Origin: Sporopachydermia quercuum
Taxonomy: Eukaryota
Assembly (NCBI GenBank): GCA_001599295.1
Contig: BCGN01000008.1
Coordinates: forward strand, 248,001-312,000
DNA: 64,000 nucleotides
Direction: 5' to 3'
Positions 37,600 through 49,586 of this stretch are shown piece after piece (the stretch's first letter is position 1; the number at the start of each line of letters is the position of its first letter). The notes under the pieces were generated by a model. It ran no database searches, was not told where the DNA came from, and worked only from the letters and a program-made list of their open reading frames with translations. A program made the position numbers and the translations under genes.

Positions 37600-38503
37600 A
37601 TGGTAAGTTACGTGATTGTTATAAAATAAAGAAGATCTCTTTGAGGACCTCTTTCTATAAACTTATTCTAACTAAATGAACACAGTCACGACTAGAAATA
37701 TATTCACCAGAAGGTTTACGGGCAGGTAAGAAATCTTGTTTATTTTAATGTTTTATTAGGCAGACCTTCAATATTTCTAACGGGGAATGGTTTGTTTTAT
37801 AGATGGACGAAGGTGGAATGAGCTCAGGCAATTCAACTGCAAACTGAATACCCACTCAATGGTGTCAGATGGATCAGCATACCTAGAACAAGGTAACACC
37901 AAAGTGATATGTACGGTAATAGGGCCAGCAGAGCCAAAGCAAAGACTGAATTCATTACTTGAAGAGGCAAAACTGTCAGTGGACTTGAAGGTCAGTTCTT
38001 TCAGCACAATTGAGAGAAGAAAACGGCTAAGGAACGATAGAAGAATACAAGAGATGGCACTTGCGATTCGCAATGCATTCAAACAGAATCTGATGCTGAA
38101 ATTGTATCCTCGATCACAAATTAGCATTAGTCTAAATGTTTTAAGTTATGATGGTGGATTGCTGTCTTCTTGTATCAATGCCTGTACTCTAGCTCTGATT
38201 GATGCCGGTATACCCATGTATGACTACTTATCTTCAGTGACTGTTGGCTTATATGACAATAAAACACCGCTTTTAGATTTGAATACTTTGGAAGAAAATG
38301 ATTTGTCTTTTCTTTCCATGGGCATCGTTGGAAAGACTGATAAAATCAATGTTCTGCTAGTGGAAAACCGTGTACCTTTGGATAAACTGGACCTATTATT
38401 GGAAAACGGTGTATCTGCATGCCACCTAATAAAGGAGATGATGGACGAAGAAATAAGGAAGCACGGAAAGGCAAGGTTAGAGAAAAAATCAAATATCTTA
38501 TAA
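37600..38503 (+). CDS. SKI6: Exosome core subunit Rrp41/Ski6; exons 37600-37602 (ATG only), 37686-37725, 37803-38503 (247 aa)
   Basis: Spliced N-terminus MSRLEIYSPEGLRADGRRWNELR and RNase PH fold motifs (DGSAYLEQGNTKV, ALIDAGIPMYDY). Confidence 0.95.
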
Positions 38504-39406
38504 TTGTTTTATGTAATCAATAGAAGAATAATTTATCCTTTTATCACCATCAATATCTGGGAATGAAGATCAGCACTCCCAAATACTCTATCATAGCATT
38601 GCATACGATTGTCTCATCTTATTGCAACTGCCACCCTCAACTAAATTCCATAATTAATGAAAGTAGAACCTAATTCTTGTTAATGATTTGTGTTATAACG
38701 ATCACCCTTCCAATCTTTCTGTCATTAAAAAATATGATTTTTCCATAATCTATATTCGAGATATTACTAGAGTATCCTGATTACTTAATCATTAAATGGT
38801 ATATCTCCCCGCGTTACCTGGCTACGTGTTTGTGGGACAATAACGCAATCTTAAGTTGGAGTTGGAGTATCAATAGCGCTACACAAAAAATCCCCCTCCC
38901 ATACATCACATCGATACAATGAATGCCAAGCGGACTTCAGTCACATAAATAAGATATCGCTAACAAAATTGATATAGATTGGTTTTGTTAATAGATGTTG
39001 CTTATTGTTGAAGTTGCAAAGGAGCTGATATATTGCTTGATTTGTATAAGTAATTAAGAGATCAAATTGCGCCAACTACTATCCGTCGATTGTCAGAGAG
39101 TTTGACAGGTACTATATATTTGATAGTTGACTATTTCTTATTTATAGAAAGGATTACTTGCTGTCAAGAAACAGATAAAACTGACATAATAGCTAGTACT
39201 ACGAACCAAGAAAGCGCCCATAAAGCGAAGGTTGCAAACATTAAGTGTGACTGATTTAGAGCAATCACTTTGGATCCACCACAACTGTCAATCAAGACTG
39301 AAAGCCAAAAGCTACATTTGTCGTCATTTGACCGGTCCAAAAAAAACACATTCAAATCCGTGTAAATTAGGACAACGATTAGACTCAAGCCAATAACGTA
39401 CACAAG

Positions 39407-41829
39407 ATGTCAGAGTATGTGATATGGTTGATAGTACTATAGGATTCATTTGAGCTATATGCATGGTATGACTAACATTTTCATTGACAGGTCGAACGTT
39501 CAAAGAAAGAAGTCTCGAAGGTGGGCAGACACTCAGTTGAACAAATATGATGATTAGTATGTATTTAAATATCGATGGGAGTTCTAAGAAATCTCGAAAC
39601 TACTGATTTTGACCGACTGAAACTAACGATTTCTCAAGCGACACCGATGATTCGTACGACGATGACGACTATGAAAGTGGAGGTGATGATGATGAACAAA
39701 CTAAGCCTGGTGTCCCTCCACCATTGCCAGAAATTCCATTAGAACATCGAAATCAAAAACAGAGTACTGAAGAAGAAAAAGGAGAGCGAGAAAGACCTGA
39801 AGACGATGCAAATGATAGCTACAGTCAAGATTTTATTGGAAGTTATGCACGTACAGATTCTGACGAGGAAGAAGCCGGGAAAATAACAATAGAAGATAAA
39901 ATCCACAAAATTTCCAAAGATTTGCAACAAATAGATATCAGTACTGGAAATACTGAAGGTAGCAGTAATGAAGACAAAATGACGACCCATGATGGTGACA
40001 TTAGTCAACAGGACTCAATTCATGATCCAAACGAATATGATCAGGTGAATAATTGGGTTCATGAGTATGTAGAAGCCTATGATGAACCCAAAGATGAGAC
40101 ACTATATAACGCAAGCTTGAAGGATAATATACAAGCATCTGTTGCTGCTCAACAAAATGCTTCACATGGTGAACATCAAAGTGAAGAGCATGAAACTCAT
40201 GCCTCTGAGGTCAGAGGATCAAGTATTGATGAGATCACTGATAGAAACTATACATTTACATCCCACAAGAGCGAATCGTCAGGATCTTTATCGACAGCAA
40301 GTTCAAGAGAATGGGATGATGACTTACCGACTAATGCAGATTCAAGCTCAAATATTGGCTTTGAAACTCATCAGACCGAACCAGGACACGATGAATCAAA
40401 CATCTACTCAGACGTATACTATCAATCTGAACCTCAAGGGCAAGATACCTATCATACTGAAACTACGCATACTGATGGGATGCCTCCACATACTTTTGAC
40501 CACAATGGTGATAGTCAGTTACGTGAAGCTCTTGATAATGATGATTCAAGAGGATCTGGCTTAAAAAGTACTTTATACAGTAACCAAGGAACTGATGGTA
40601 GATCATACTCGTATTTGGAAAACCATGATATAGAATCAACTGATGAAGAAGACAATCAGGTACATAATGAGCTAGGCCGCAGTGATACATGGAAACCAAT
40701 GCCTGAGACTCCGGCCATTGATAAACAGTTTAAAGGATTTTCAGAATTTGCACCAGTAGCGGAAGAAGAAGATAGCGAAGATAGTGAAAAGCAGTCTTTT
40801 GAAAAACCACTCGTTGAAGGTTCTAAAAAGATTTATAGATCTCCTATATTGGAGGAAGTGGATTCTGGTGAAGAAGAGCAGCATCGTGACTACCCCACCA
40901 CAGAAGAAACTAAGGCCAAGGCAGCATTCAAATCGGACTACTCTTCTGATATGGGATCTTTTGACAACGATATTGATGGGAGTTTAGAACGAAGTGACAC
41001 TTGGAGGCCAATGCCTGAAACGCCTGCAGTGGAAACACAGTTGAATAGGTTTACAGATTTTGACTCTATTAAAGAAGAAGAAGAAGAAGAAGAAAAAAAA
41101 AAAGTAGAGAATGAAACTAAGGAACAAAACAATTCTTTTTTTGACGCACAAACTCAACAGAAAGGAGGTAAACCATCTAATATTGATCGAATGGATGATG
41201 ATTCATCAGACAATGGAGGACATGATTGGTCTTATCGGTCACAAGATTCAAATTCAGAAGCGTTCCATACAAAACCGGAAGTCAGAATATCGGAACCTGA
41301 ACACTCAGATGGCGATGAACAACCCAAAGATGCGAACAACGAGAAAACCTCAACTGAGATCGACGGAGAAGGTAGCTCTTCCTTCCCATCTGGAGCAGGA
41401 ATTCTATCTTCTTCAAGCCCAACTTCAGGCAATACTCTCAACATTAAGAGAGGTATCTCTAATTCTTCTAAAATTCAACTATCTAGAACGAAAAGCCAAA
41501 GGAAGCCAGTTTACTCCGTTGAGAAGATAATGGAAATGACATCGAACGAACGAAGGCTAAAGGCATACAGGGAGGCTCGAGCTCAGGAGGCTGCATATGA
41601 CACAGGACTTACCGACTGGTTAGTAGAAGCCTTAAACCAAGGGTCAATTGTTTCAAATGTCACTACAGGCAAGATAACAACTGAAGCATATCAGCACGCT
41701 AGTGAGATTAATCGTCACCGTTCCAATAATATCACTAGCAGATTGTTATCTGGACGAGAAAGTGTCGATCGAGTGAAATCTCAGGCAAAGAAAGGCTTCC
41801 ATTTATTCAGAAAGAAGAATAAGACTTAG
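39407..41829 (+). CDS. FYV8: Fyv8-like acidic, disordered protein; exons 39407-39414, 39491-39556, 39639-41829 (754 aa)
   Basis: Spliced N-terminus MSESNVQRKKSRRWADTQ..YDD resembles Fyv8 (RKKSxRW). C-terminal RLKAYREARAQEAAYDTGLTDWL motif. Adjacent to SKI6 as in S. cerevisiae. Confidence 0.75.
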
Positions 41830-41953
41830 CAGAATAGATTTGTTGGGCTTTGATTGTTTAATAGATGATCTTCGTCAACTGGAATGAGGAGGTTTAAATG
41901 TATAGGAATCAAAAGCTTATGGAATACAGTGCAAAAAAAGAAAAAGAAGTTAA

Positions 41954-41998
41954 AGGTTGAGCAGGTCGAGCAGGTTAAGTAGGTTGATTGGGTTGAGT
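41954..41998. repeat. Degenerate 9-bp tandem repeat (AGGTTGAGY x5) downstream of FYV8
   Basis: aggttgagc aggtcgagc aggttaagt aggttgatt gggttgagt. Confidence 0.7.
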
Positions 41999-42406
41999 AT
42001 AGTATAATGGTTTTCTTGAATTCAAAGCAGATTGTCTTAGTCTTTTGTTTCCTTATAAATATTGTAGTTTTCCCTTTGAGCTCTGGTTTACTGTGTGATT
42101 TATGAATCGTCATCAATCCAGTCTCTCAATGACTTACACGTGAACTAGACTGTAAAGGGGAATCCTGAAGATTGCCATGCTCTTTGCTCGTTTGCATCGT
42201 TTAACATTTCATTGTGTATAATGCGATAGGTGCTTCTATCCAAGTATACTAACAACGATACTATCTTCACAATTGTTTATTCTTTCAAATGAATAAACAA
42301 TAAAAAATGAATTAAAATTTATAAATAGAAATTAAATAGTTACTAACGACATGTACTGTATAGGGTGAAAAGTCTTTGAACTATAGTCTAAAAGAGAGAA
42401 TTAGCG

Positions 42407-43741
42407 ATGGGTGATAAAAGCGAAAGCAGTCCTGTTAATGCTGAGGCTCAGGAATCATCGAGACCTAAGAAACTAGATGATCGCCAACAAGATGTCCCAA
42501 GTATATTGCGGTATCTCCAGTCGTTTTCTCGGCTCCAAGCCGCATTGCTCGGGTCAATTATTCTTCATTTAGTATTATTTTTGTTTGGAATGTATCAAGA
42601 TGCTTATATGCAAGTGAAATTCACTGATATTGATTATTACGTGTTCACTGATGCTACTAAATATGTTGTAGAAGGTGGCTCCCCATATCAGCGAGATACT
42701 TATAGATATACTCCACTTTTGGCGTGGATTTTGGCACCAATCTTTTATTTGGATTGGTTTGAGTTTGGCAAAGCTCTCTTTTGCATTGGTGATATTCTAA
42801 CTGGTGTTTTCATTGTTAGAATTCTTGAAAGCAAGAGATTCTTCAGTTTGTCACACGAGAAAGCAACCTTGTACTCTTTGCTCTGGTTATTAAATCCAAT
42901 GGTAGCTACTATAAGTGTAAGGGGCAGCTCAGAAGGTCTTTTGGGATTTTTCATTACCTTCTTTCTCTATCTATTTACTCAAGATCAAGTAGTACTTGCT
43001 GGTCTTATGGTTGGATTCTGTGCCCATTTCAAGATATTCCCAGTAATTTATATACCCACAGTTATCATGGCCCTCGCCAATTCAAAACCTTTGGTCAGCT
43101 CAGAGATTTCATTAAGCAGAATTATCAACCACAAGAGTATTGCTTTTGGCGTATCAGCTGTTGCTTCTTTTTTGGCTTGCGGACTCTCAATGGAAAAGCT
43201 ATACGGAGAAGAATTCATGCGACACACATATCTTTATCATCTTTCCAGAACTGACCATCGACATAACTTTTCACTATACAATATTTATCTCTACTTCAAT
43301 AGTAGAAACACTATTAAGGACCATCTTTCAGAAATAACTACAATTTTTCAAGATCCAGCTAGATGGGCATTCATTCCGCAGTTGGGAATTTCTGGTATAC
43401 TACTTCCATTGAAGTTTGGAAGTGAAAAACCACTACAAACAATGTTTGTTCAAACATTTGTCTTTGTTGTATTTAATAAAGTATGTACCAGCCAGTATTT
43501 TATATGGTATATGAATTTCCTTCCTTTGTATTTACCGACATCACAGTTGGTCAATAGAAAGAAGACTACTGGCATAATAGGACTATTGCTATGGATTCTA
43601 GGACAGGCCTTATGGCTGAAATATGCATATGAGTTAGAGTTCTTGGGCCTCAATACTTTTTCAAAATTGTATGTTGCCTCAACACTATTCTTCATCATTA
43701 ACGTCTGGTTGGTGGGACTGTTTATTGATGATTTGAAATGA
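42407..43741 (+). CDS. GPI14: GPI mannosyltransferase I catalytic subunit (PIG-M)
   Basis: VKFTDIDYYVFTDA, SPYQRDTYRYTPLLAW, RTDHRHNFS and FNKVCTSQYFIWY motifs. Confidence 0.95.
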   Translation: MGDKSESSPVNAEAQESSRPKKLDDRQQDVPSILRYLQSFSRLQAALLGSIILHLVLFLFGMYQDAYMQVKFTDIDYYVFTDATKYVVEGGSPYQRDTYRYTPLLAWILAPIFYLDWFEFGKALFCIGDILTGVFIVRILESKRFFSLSHEKATLYSLLWLLNPMVATISVRGSSEGLLGFFITFFLYLFTQDQVVLAGLMVGFCAHFKIFPVIYIPTVIMALANSKPLVSSEISLSRIINHKSIAFGVSAVASFLACGLSMEKLYGEEFMRHTYLYHLSRTDHRHNFSLYNIYLYFNSRNTIKDHLSEITTIFQDPARWAFIPQLGISGILLPLKFGSEKPLQTMFVQTFVFVVFNKVCTSQYFIWYMNFLPLYLPTSQLVNRKKTTGIIGLLLWILGQALWLKYAYELEFLGLNTFSKLYVASTLFFIINVWLVGLFIDDLK

Positions 43742-43813
43742 TTTTATTGAAAGAATTGAGGAGGCTGTTGCTTATAGCGGACGTACATTTTCTTTTGATT
43801 TTGGTTCACTCGC

Positions 43814-45075
43814 TTACTTCACTCTGCTTGATGCATTCTTGATGGATAAAAAGGCATTCCACAAAACACCTACAGATGATGAAAACGGGACCTGAAACCT
43901 TTTTGGCATTACCAAAAAGTTGAAAAACTGAACGGCAGGCCAGAGAGTGTAATTAGCCACCAAAGTTGGTAAATACGCTGTCGTCAATTTATACTTGACT
44001 GCATCTCTATTGCCTCCCTCTAGTATAACAGCGGAGTAGATGAAAAATGTCGCTAATGCTAGTAAATTGTTAGTATTAGTAGTACTATTAGTGTCACAAG
44101 TTTGATCCTTCTTTTTTTTCTTCTTTTATCAACATACAAATAGGAGAGAAACAGAGCTGGTCTGTCAAAACACGTTCAATGGTTGCAATAACTATATTCT
44201 TCTCATCCTCATAAAATTTGTTGAGAATTGAATACCATGGTACTTGAATGAAAGCCATCATGAACCCTATTACGTTTGTTAGATTAAAACAAATCACTCT
44301 GATAATGACATTAAAACTCTTCGTAGTCCGACTACTCTAAAACTTTACTTGAACATACCCCAAACCATAAATCCTGCAAATCTACTCAGATTGAAAGTTG
44401 GTAAATTGTTCTTCCTTCTTCTTGCAATAACATTCTCATCTTCCACTTCTGACATAGCATCATGATCAATGATGGATACATCATCACCGAAATCCATCAG
44501 TGCTTCGTCAGCTAAGTTCGATGGATCCAGACGAATAAAACTTTGCCGCCTTACTGGTTCTTCTAGATCAACACTGTATCTTTCTTTTACCAGTCTTGTC
44601 AATGTCTGTGCCAATGTATCTGCTAATCCAAAAAGTAAAATATTGCTGACAATTACTGTCACTAGTCTGTTACTATGGTATAAATCGTCAAACAAAAATG
44701 ACAACCGCGTAAGAAAACTTGCTTGTGTGATCATAATTGTTAGATTTAGTAATGGAATATGAAGTATTGTAAAATTGAGGAAAAAATGACCGATGCTTTT
44801 GAAGAATGATTTAATTTTGGTAACTATATTTTCAATATTAGTCTCAGCAAACAAAATACAGAATTAGTTTATGAAATTCTTCTCAACCATTACAGCAAAA
44901 AACTCCACATACCGAACCAAAAATCAACATGCGCTTGTGCATCTTGATGCACTTCAATTTCGGACTCATCTATAGAATCAAATGTAAAATTAGCTCCATC
45001 TTCAGTATCAACAACTGGTCTCTGAATCCTTTCGGATTCCGGTGATAGAACGTCTTCACCTGATAAAGATGGCAT
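43814..45075 (-). CDS. Mpv17/PMP22 family membrane protein, YOR292C-like; exons 45075-44913, 44823-44359, 44266-44138, 44058-43814 (333 aa)
   Basis: LFGLADTLAQ, ERVLTDQLCFSP and ANYTLWPAVQFFNF..FQVPFSSSVGVLWNAFLS motifs. Three GTATGT..TAG introns keep the frame. Divergent from RPS10, like YOR292C-RPS10A. Confidence 0.88.
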
Positions 45076-45875
45076 AATATTTGTGTTTCTTGCAAGGCAG
45101 TCAATTTTAATAGTCAACGCAGCACTTTTATAATATGTCCACCTTTTTATCCTGAGGTGACTTTGTGAGACAAGAATAGAACTAACGCAATCATGTCTTG
45201 CAATTGACACAGCAAGTCTCTCTCAAGGATTTTGCCTTCTTCTTCTGCAGGATAAGCGGTTGTCCATATATATTAGAAAAGCTAATCTCCGTTGTCATAC
45301 AATCCTAAAATTCCTGCATGATATTAATATTCTTCAATTCATAATTTGTAATATCTGAGAGTTTTATTCACCAGCTTATGGAAAGAAAATGATGTCGCCT
45401 CTACCCCCTTATCAAAAGCATAAATCATGATGATGCTTATAATAGGAACCTTGTAAATAAAGATAAAACACTTCTTTTTGATAGTGTGATCATTTCGAAA
45501 AGCTGTATAAATACACGTGCTTATCACATGCAGAAAGTTTGGCGTTTTTTAAGAAGTAAGTTGAATTCTGCGTACTTTTGGTCACGCTTTTTTTTCATTT
45601 AATGGGTTTCTCAAATTAATGTATGAAGAAAGTTTCACTATGGATGTAGTAGGAAAGCCAGGATGACGCAGAGAATGGAACTCACACTGACGCTGACTCT
45701 CACTCAGGAAAGTATGCACTCTCAGGTTAGTAATTTAGTATTCACTTGATAATATACCACATACAAGGACTAGGTACAGAGAACTTTCTTGTTGTTCATA
45801 TGATATATTTCGATTACCTTAGTTTTGTATCCGACAAGAACATAAGATAGAAGAGCCAAGATCAAACAGTTCAGT

Positions 45876-46614
45876 ATGCTTATTCCCAAAGAAGACAGAA
45901 AGAAGATTCACGAATACCTCTTCCAAGGTATGTTTAGCTTGAGAATGGTTTGAAACTTGAACGACCATCGGAGCAAGTGCTATTGAATCAAGGATATAGG
46001 TAGTATATCAACCAGTCCAACAGGTTAATCAAAGACGAAAGAGATGGAACTGATTAACAGATTGCTATACAATTGACAACATGTTGAAATGAGCCAGTGG
46101 AGGATCAGATTAACCAACGAGATGGTGATTGGGTTATATTTGATGTGATGATCCTGAGTAGGAAGATAATTTTCTATGTAACAGCAAACAGAGGATTGAT
46201 GGGATTCAATAACAGGCTCGACTATTTTGATTATGGAAATGGTTATTTCGGTGTTCAGAGTTATCTAGTTGTAGAATACTAACTTTTCTTTCTAGAGGGT
46301 GTTCTCGTCGCCAAGAAGGACTACAACCAACCTAAGCACGAAGAAATTGACACCAAGAACTTATATGTATGTAAATTTTATGAATTTCTAGTACTTAGTG
46401 ATCAGCTTGTCTAACGTTTCTATAGGTTATCAAGGCACTTCAATCTTTGACCTCCAAGGGATATGTTAAGACTCAATTTTCTTGGCAATATTATTACTAC
46501 ACCTTGACAGACGAAGGTGTTGACTATCTCAGAGAATGGTTACACGTCCCTGAAGGAGTTGTCCCTGCTACCAGATTAAGAAAGGCCGCTAACCCAAGAG
46601 CTGAAAGAGCTTAA
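45876..46614 (+). CDS. RPS10: 40S ribosomal protein S10 (eS10); exons 45876-45927, 46296-46366, 46426-46614 (103 aa)
   Basis: MLIPKEDRKKIHEYLFQEGVLVAKKDYNQPKHEEIDTKNLYVIKALQSLTSKGYVKTQFSWQYYYYTLT. Absent from the ORF track because of two introns. Confidence 0.97.
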
Positions 46615-46983
46615 GAGTGATGTGAGCTAATTTACTATCACAAAAATCATGTATTAATAAATACAGAACATTCAAATATTAACATCGTCACGTTTGAGGC
46701 GTAGATTCGGAACGAACTCCAACATCCCCGATCGTTGTCGCATTATCACAGCCGTGCTAATACTAGTTCTTATAAATTCCTAAACAGAGATACGATTTCT
46801 CGCTGCCAGCTATTCTTCCGAAAAACGTATGCTTTTGAAAGGACATGTATTATACGGAACTGCTAATATTTCTATCTCTCATTATCGTCAAATCACACGT
46901 TTTTGATTCTTTAACGCTTCGATTCTGAATACCGCTTTTTGATTCTGAGTTCCAGTTCATATTGATAATCTTTCATTTTCAAG

Positions 46984-47256
46984 GTATGTGAAGTTGCTCC
47001 AATTTCATTGTTGAGCTAGAATTATTATCTAGTACTGATGAAATAGAGCTTGAATCCATCTTCCCATTAATCTCGTAAAAGAAATGAATAATCATCACTC
47101 ACAATTCCAACTTAACTTCTCCTAATAGATAGTTAATTTTCTTCATTTCACCGTCTAGACTTTTCAAATCGTAGCATACCTGCATCTCGTACATGAGTTT
47201 TGCCTACTAGCTACCGTTCCTGACTTACTAACTTACTTTTTCTTTTTTGATTCCAG
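46984..47256 (+). ncRNA. Orphan spliceosomal intron in an apparently non-coding transcript; candidate box C/D snoRNA (about 47030-47230)
   Basis: GTATGT donor at 46984, TACTAAC at 47226, pyrimidine tract and CAGCAG acceptor. No ORF crosses the junction. TGATGA at 47036 and CTGA at 47220. Confidence 0.4.
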
Positions 47257-47753
47257 CAGCATGAGAAAATGTATATTACCCCAGTTACTCTACCTCCCTA
47301 ATTCAATAAACTTAGATATTAAATCTTTATCACTTGCTTATTCTATCCATTTATAGGTCTATATTGTGTTCGAGGCCTCTATTTATATAAGTTCAAATCT
47401 CATCTCACGTAAGCATATTACTGTGGTCTATTGTTAAATTTGATAATTACATGTACCATGCAGCTATTGAATTAGGCATTCAAATTGTATTATTTCGTTA
47501 TCAACTGCTAGCAGACAATTGTGAGAGGAATAACAACAATTAGATAGTTGATGGTCAAATGCAGGACAGTCGATCGAGGATAAAAATCAACAGCCATAAA
47601 TTTGAGGAAGAATTGTTTGACGATAAGTCTTGATTCTGATCATAACGCAGCATTATTGATTGAAGATAGATAGGATTGTGCAAATATACGCCTTTCACGA
47701 CAAGGGATAAATAGAAACCGGATATTTAACCAAAGAAGAATTTTGTAGCGACA

Positions 47754-49266
47754 ATGGATGATTTAAAGGTACGTAGAATATGGTTTCATTGTTGTTTGGT
47801 GAAATTTCAATATAGCTGAGACATGGTGTCAAACCTTTTGAATATGATTCTAATGAGATTTGAATAGCCTTCTCCTACTCCTTATGAGATGTATTTGTCA
47901 AATGGAGGTCATCCACAACCGTTAGCGAATCAATATTCCCCGGGTGGAACTCATAATGGCATTATACGCTCACAGCGGACAGGAGGGAGCTCTAATAGTG
48001 GTTCCCAACAATATAATTATGGTGCCCAGCAACCGCAGCCAAGTAATCGACAGTACCAACAACCTCAACCCCAAAATCAACCACAACCACAACCACAACC
48101 TCTAGCTCAAGTTCAACCTCAGTTTCAAGCGCAAATGCAAGATCAACCACAGTCAAGCAGCATACAGTATCAACCGCAACCAGTACAAGCACAGATGCAA
48201 TATGCTCAACCAACCAATCGGCAGTATCAGCAATCACAGCCAAATTTAAAACCACAAGGCAGTAGAACAAGTTCCCTCGGGCGATCACCAACGGGAGCAC
48301 CAGCTAATATCGGCAATCATATAGTGAACAATCCAACGGGTGGTAACCAGGGATGGCCTCAACAAAGCAGCCAGCGACAGGCATCTGGATATCAACAGCA
48401 GCCACAGCAGCACCAACAACAATCTCAATCAAACGTTACATATGGCGGACATACGCCATCTCCAGTTCAGTCCTCACAAGTGAGTAGACGAGGTGCAGGA
48501 GAAGGTACTGCTATTGATTATCGCCAATTGTTTATGAGAGCTGACAGCAATTGTAAGTCTTACTTTCTTTTAAGATATCCTTTAATACATTATTGAAAGC
48601 TGTGTTAACTAACAATTATTTATAGCATCTGGAAGATTATCCGAACTTGAACTCTCGAGAGCGTTAAAGAACAATGATCATTCAAGTTTCAGTGTGACTT
48701 GCGTCCGATTGATGATTAGGTATGTACTTTGCCTAGCAACGATATATTCGCGTATACTTGGGGTTTCTTTTTGTTTGGTGACAGTTGAAGAGCTGTTAAA
48801 CTAACTGAGTATTTTGTAGACTATTTGATGTTGATGGCAATGGAAGTATAGGTTACAATGAATTTGGTAAGTGGCAAAACTGATAGATGAATCAGCAAAT
48901 TCAATATCTATATGTACTAACTATTCAACCTTTTCAGTGAAACTAGTAGATTATATCGAAGGAATGAGATCCACTTTTGATGGTGCGGACAGTGATGGAA
49001 GTGGCACTATATCATACAAAGAATTTAGTACTGCTCTCAAACTATTCGGCTATCGAATCTCAGAAAATACCACCAGGCATATGTTCAATCTTTTTGCTAT
49101 ATGTGATCAACGTGGTGAGAAAGTATTACGATTCGATGGTTTTGTTGAATGTCTTGTGATGCTCATGAGGGGCGTGAGTAATTTCAAGAAGTACGATCAT
49201 AACCTCAATGGCTTTGCTACAATTCCGTTTGAAGATTTTATAAGAATCATACTGGAATATCGCTAA
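47754..49266 (+). CDS. PEF1: Penta-EF-hand protein (peflin/Pef1) with Q/P-rich N-terminus; exons 47754-47768, 47868-48552, 48626-48719, 48820-48866, 48938-49266 (389 aa)
   Basis: EF-hands LFMRADSNSSGRLSELEL, LFDVDGNGSIGYNEF and FDGADSDGSGTISYKEF. Four GT-AG introns join the two ORF-track fragments in frame. Confidence 0.88.
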
Positions 49267-49586
49267 TTATCACTTGCTCCTCTTTGCTTTCTCAATTCAA
49301 TTTTGTGAATTATAATTATAATATCAATGGCATTTCTTCTATCCCTTACGAAGACTTTATAAGAGTCACACTGGAATATCATTAATCATTAGTTGTTCAT
49401 CTCTTTTTTTTTTCAATCTCATTTTGCCTTTGTTTATTAATATTCAGTTTTTTATTTTTTTATTTTTTTTTATTGTTCTTTTTGAGAAGACGAAGACAAA
49501 TCTGTTTGAAAATATGTTTGATTTTGTTCAAAAGAAAAAGAATTAGCACTTAATCGTATCTATTCTATGTAATAATATTACAATCC

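Noticed and set aside
45928..46295. snoRNA in the 368-nt RPS10 intron 1 (GTGATGA..CTGA near 46144-46157)
   Set aside because: The boxes are only 2 nt apart and there is no guide; long first introns are normal for ribosomal protein genes.
46934..46946. GCTTTTTGATTCT matches a stretch of 25S rRNA as I recall it, suggesting a minus-strand guide
   Set aside because: No box C/D on the minus strand; better explained as one copy of a local repeat.
46984..47256. U3, U14, snR190 or TPP riboswitch as the identity of the orphan intron
   Set aside because: None of the conserved signature sequences I remember for these RNAs is present.
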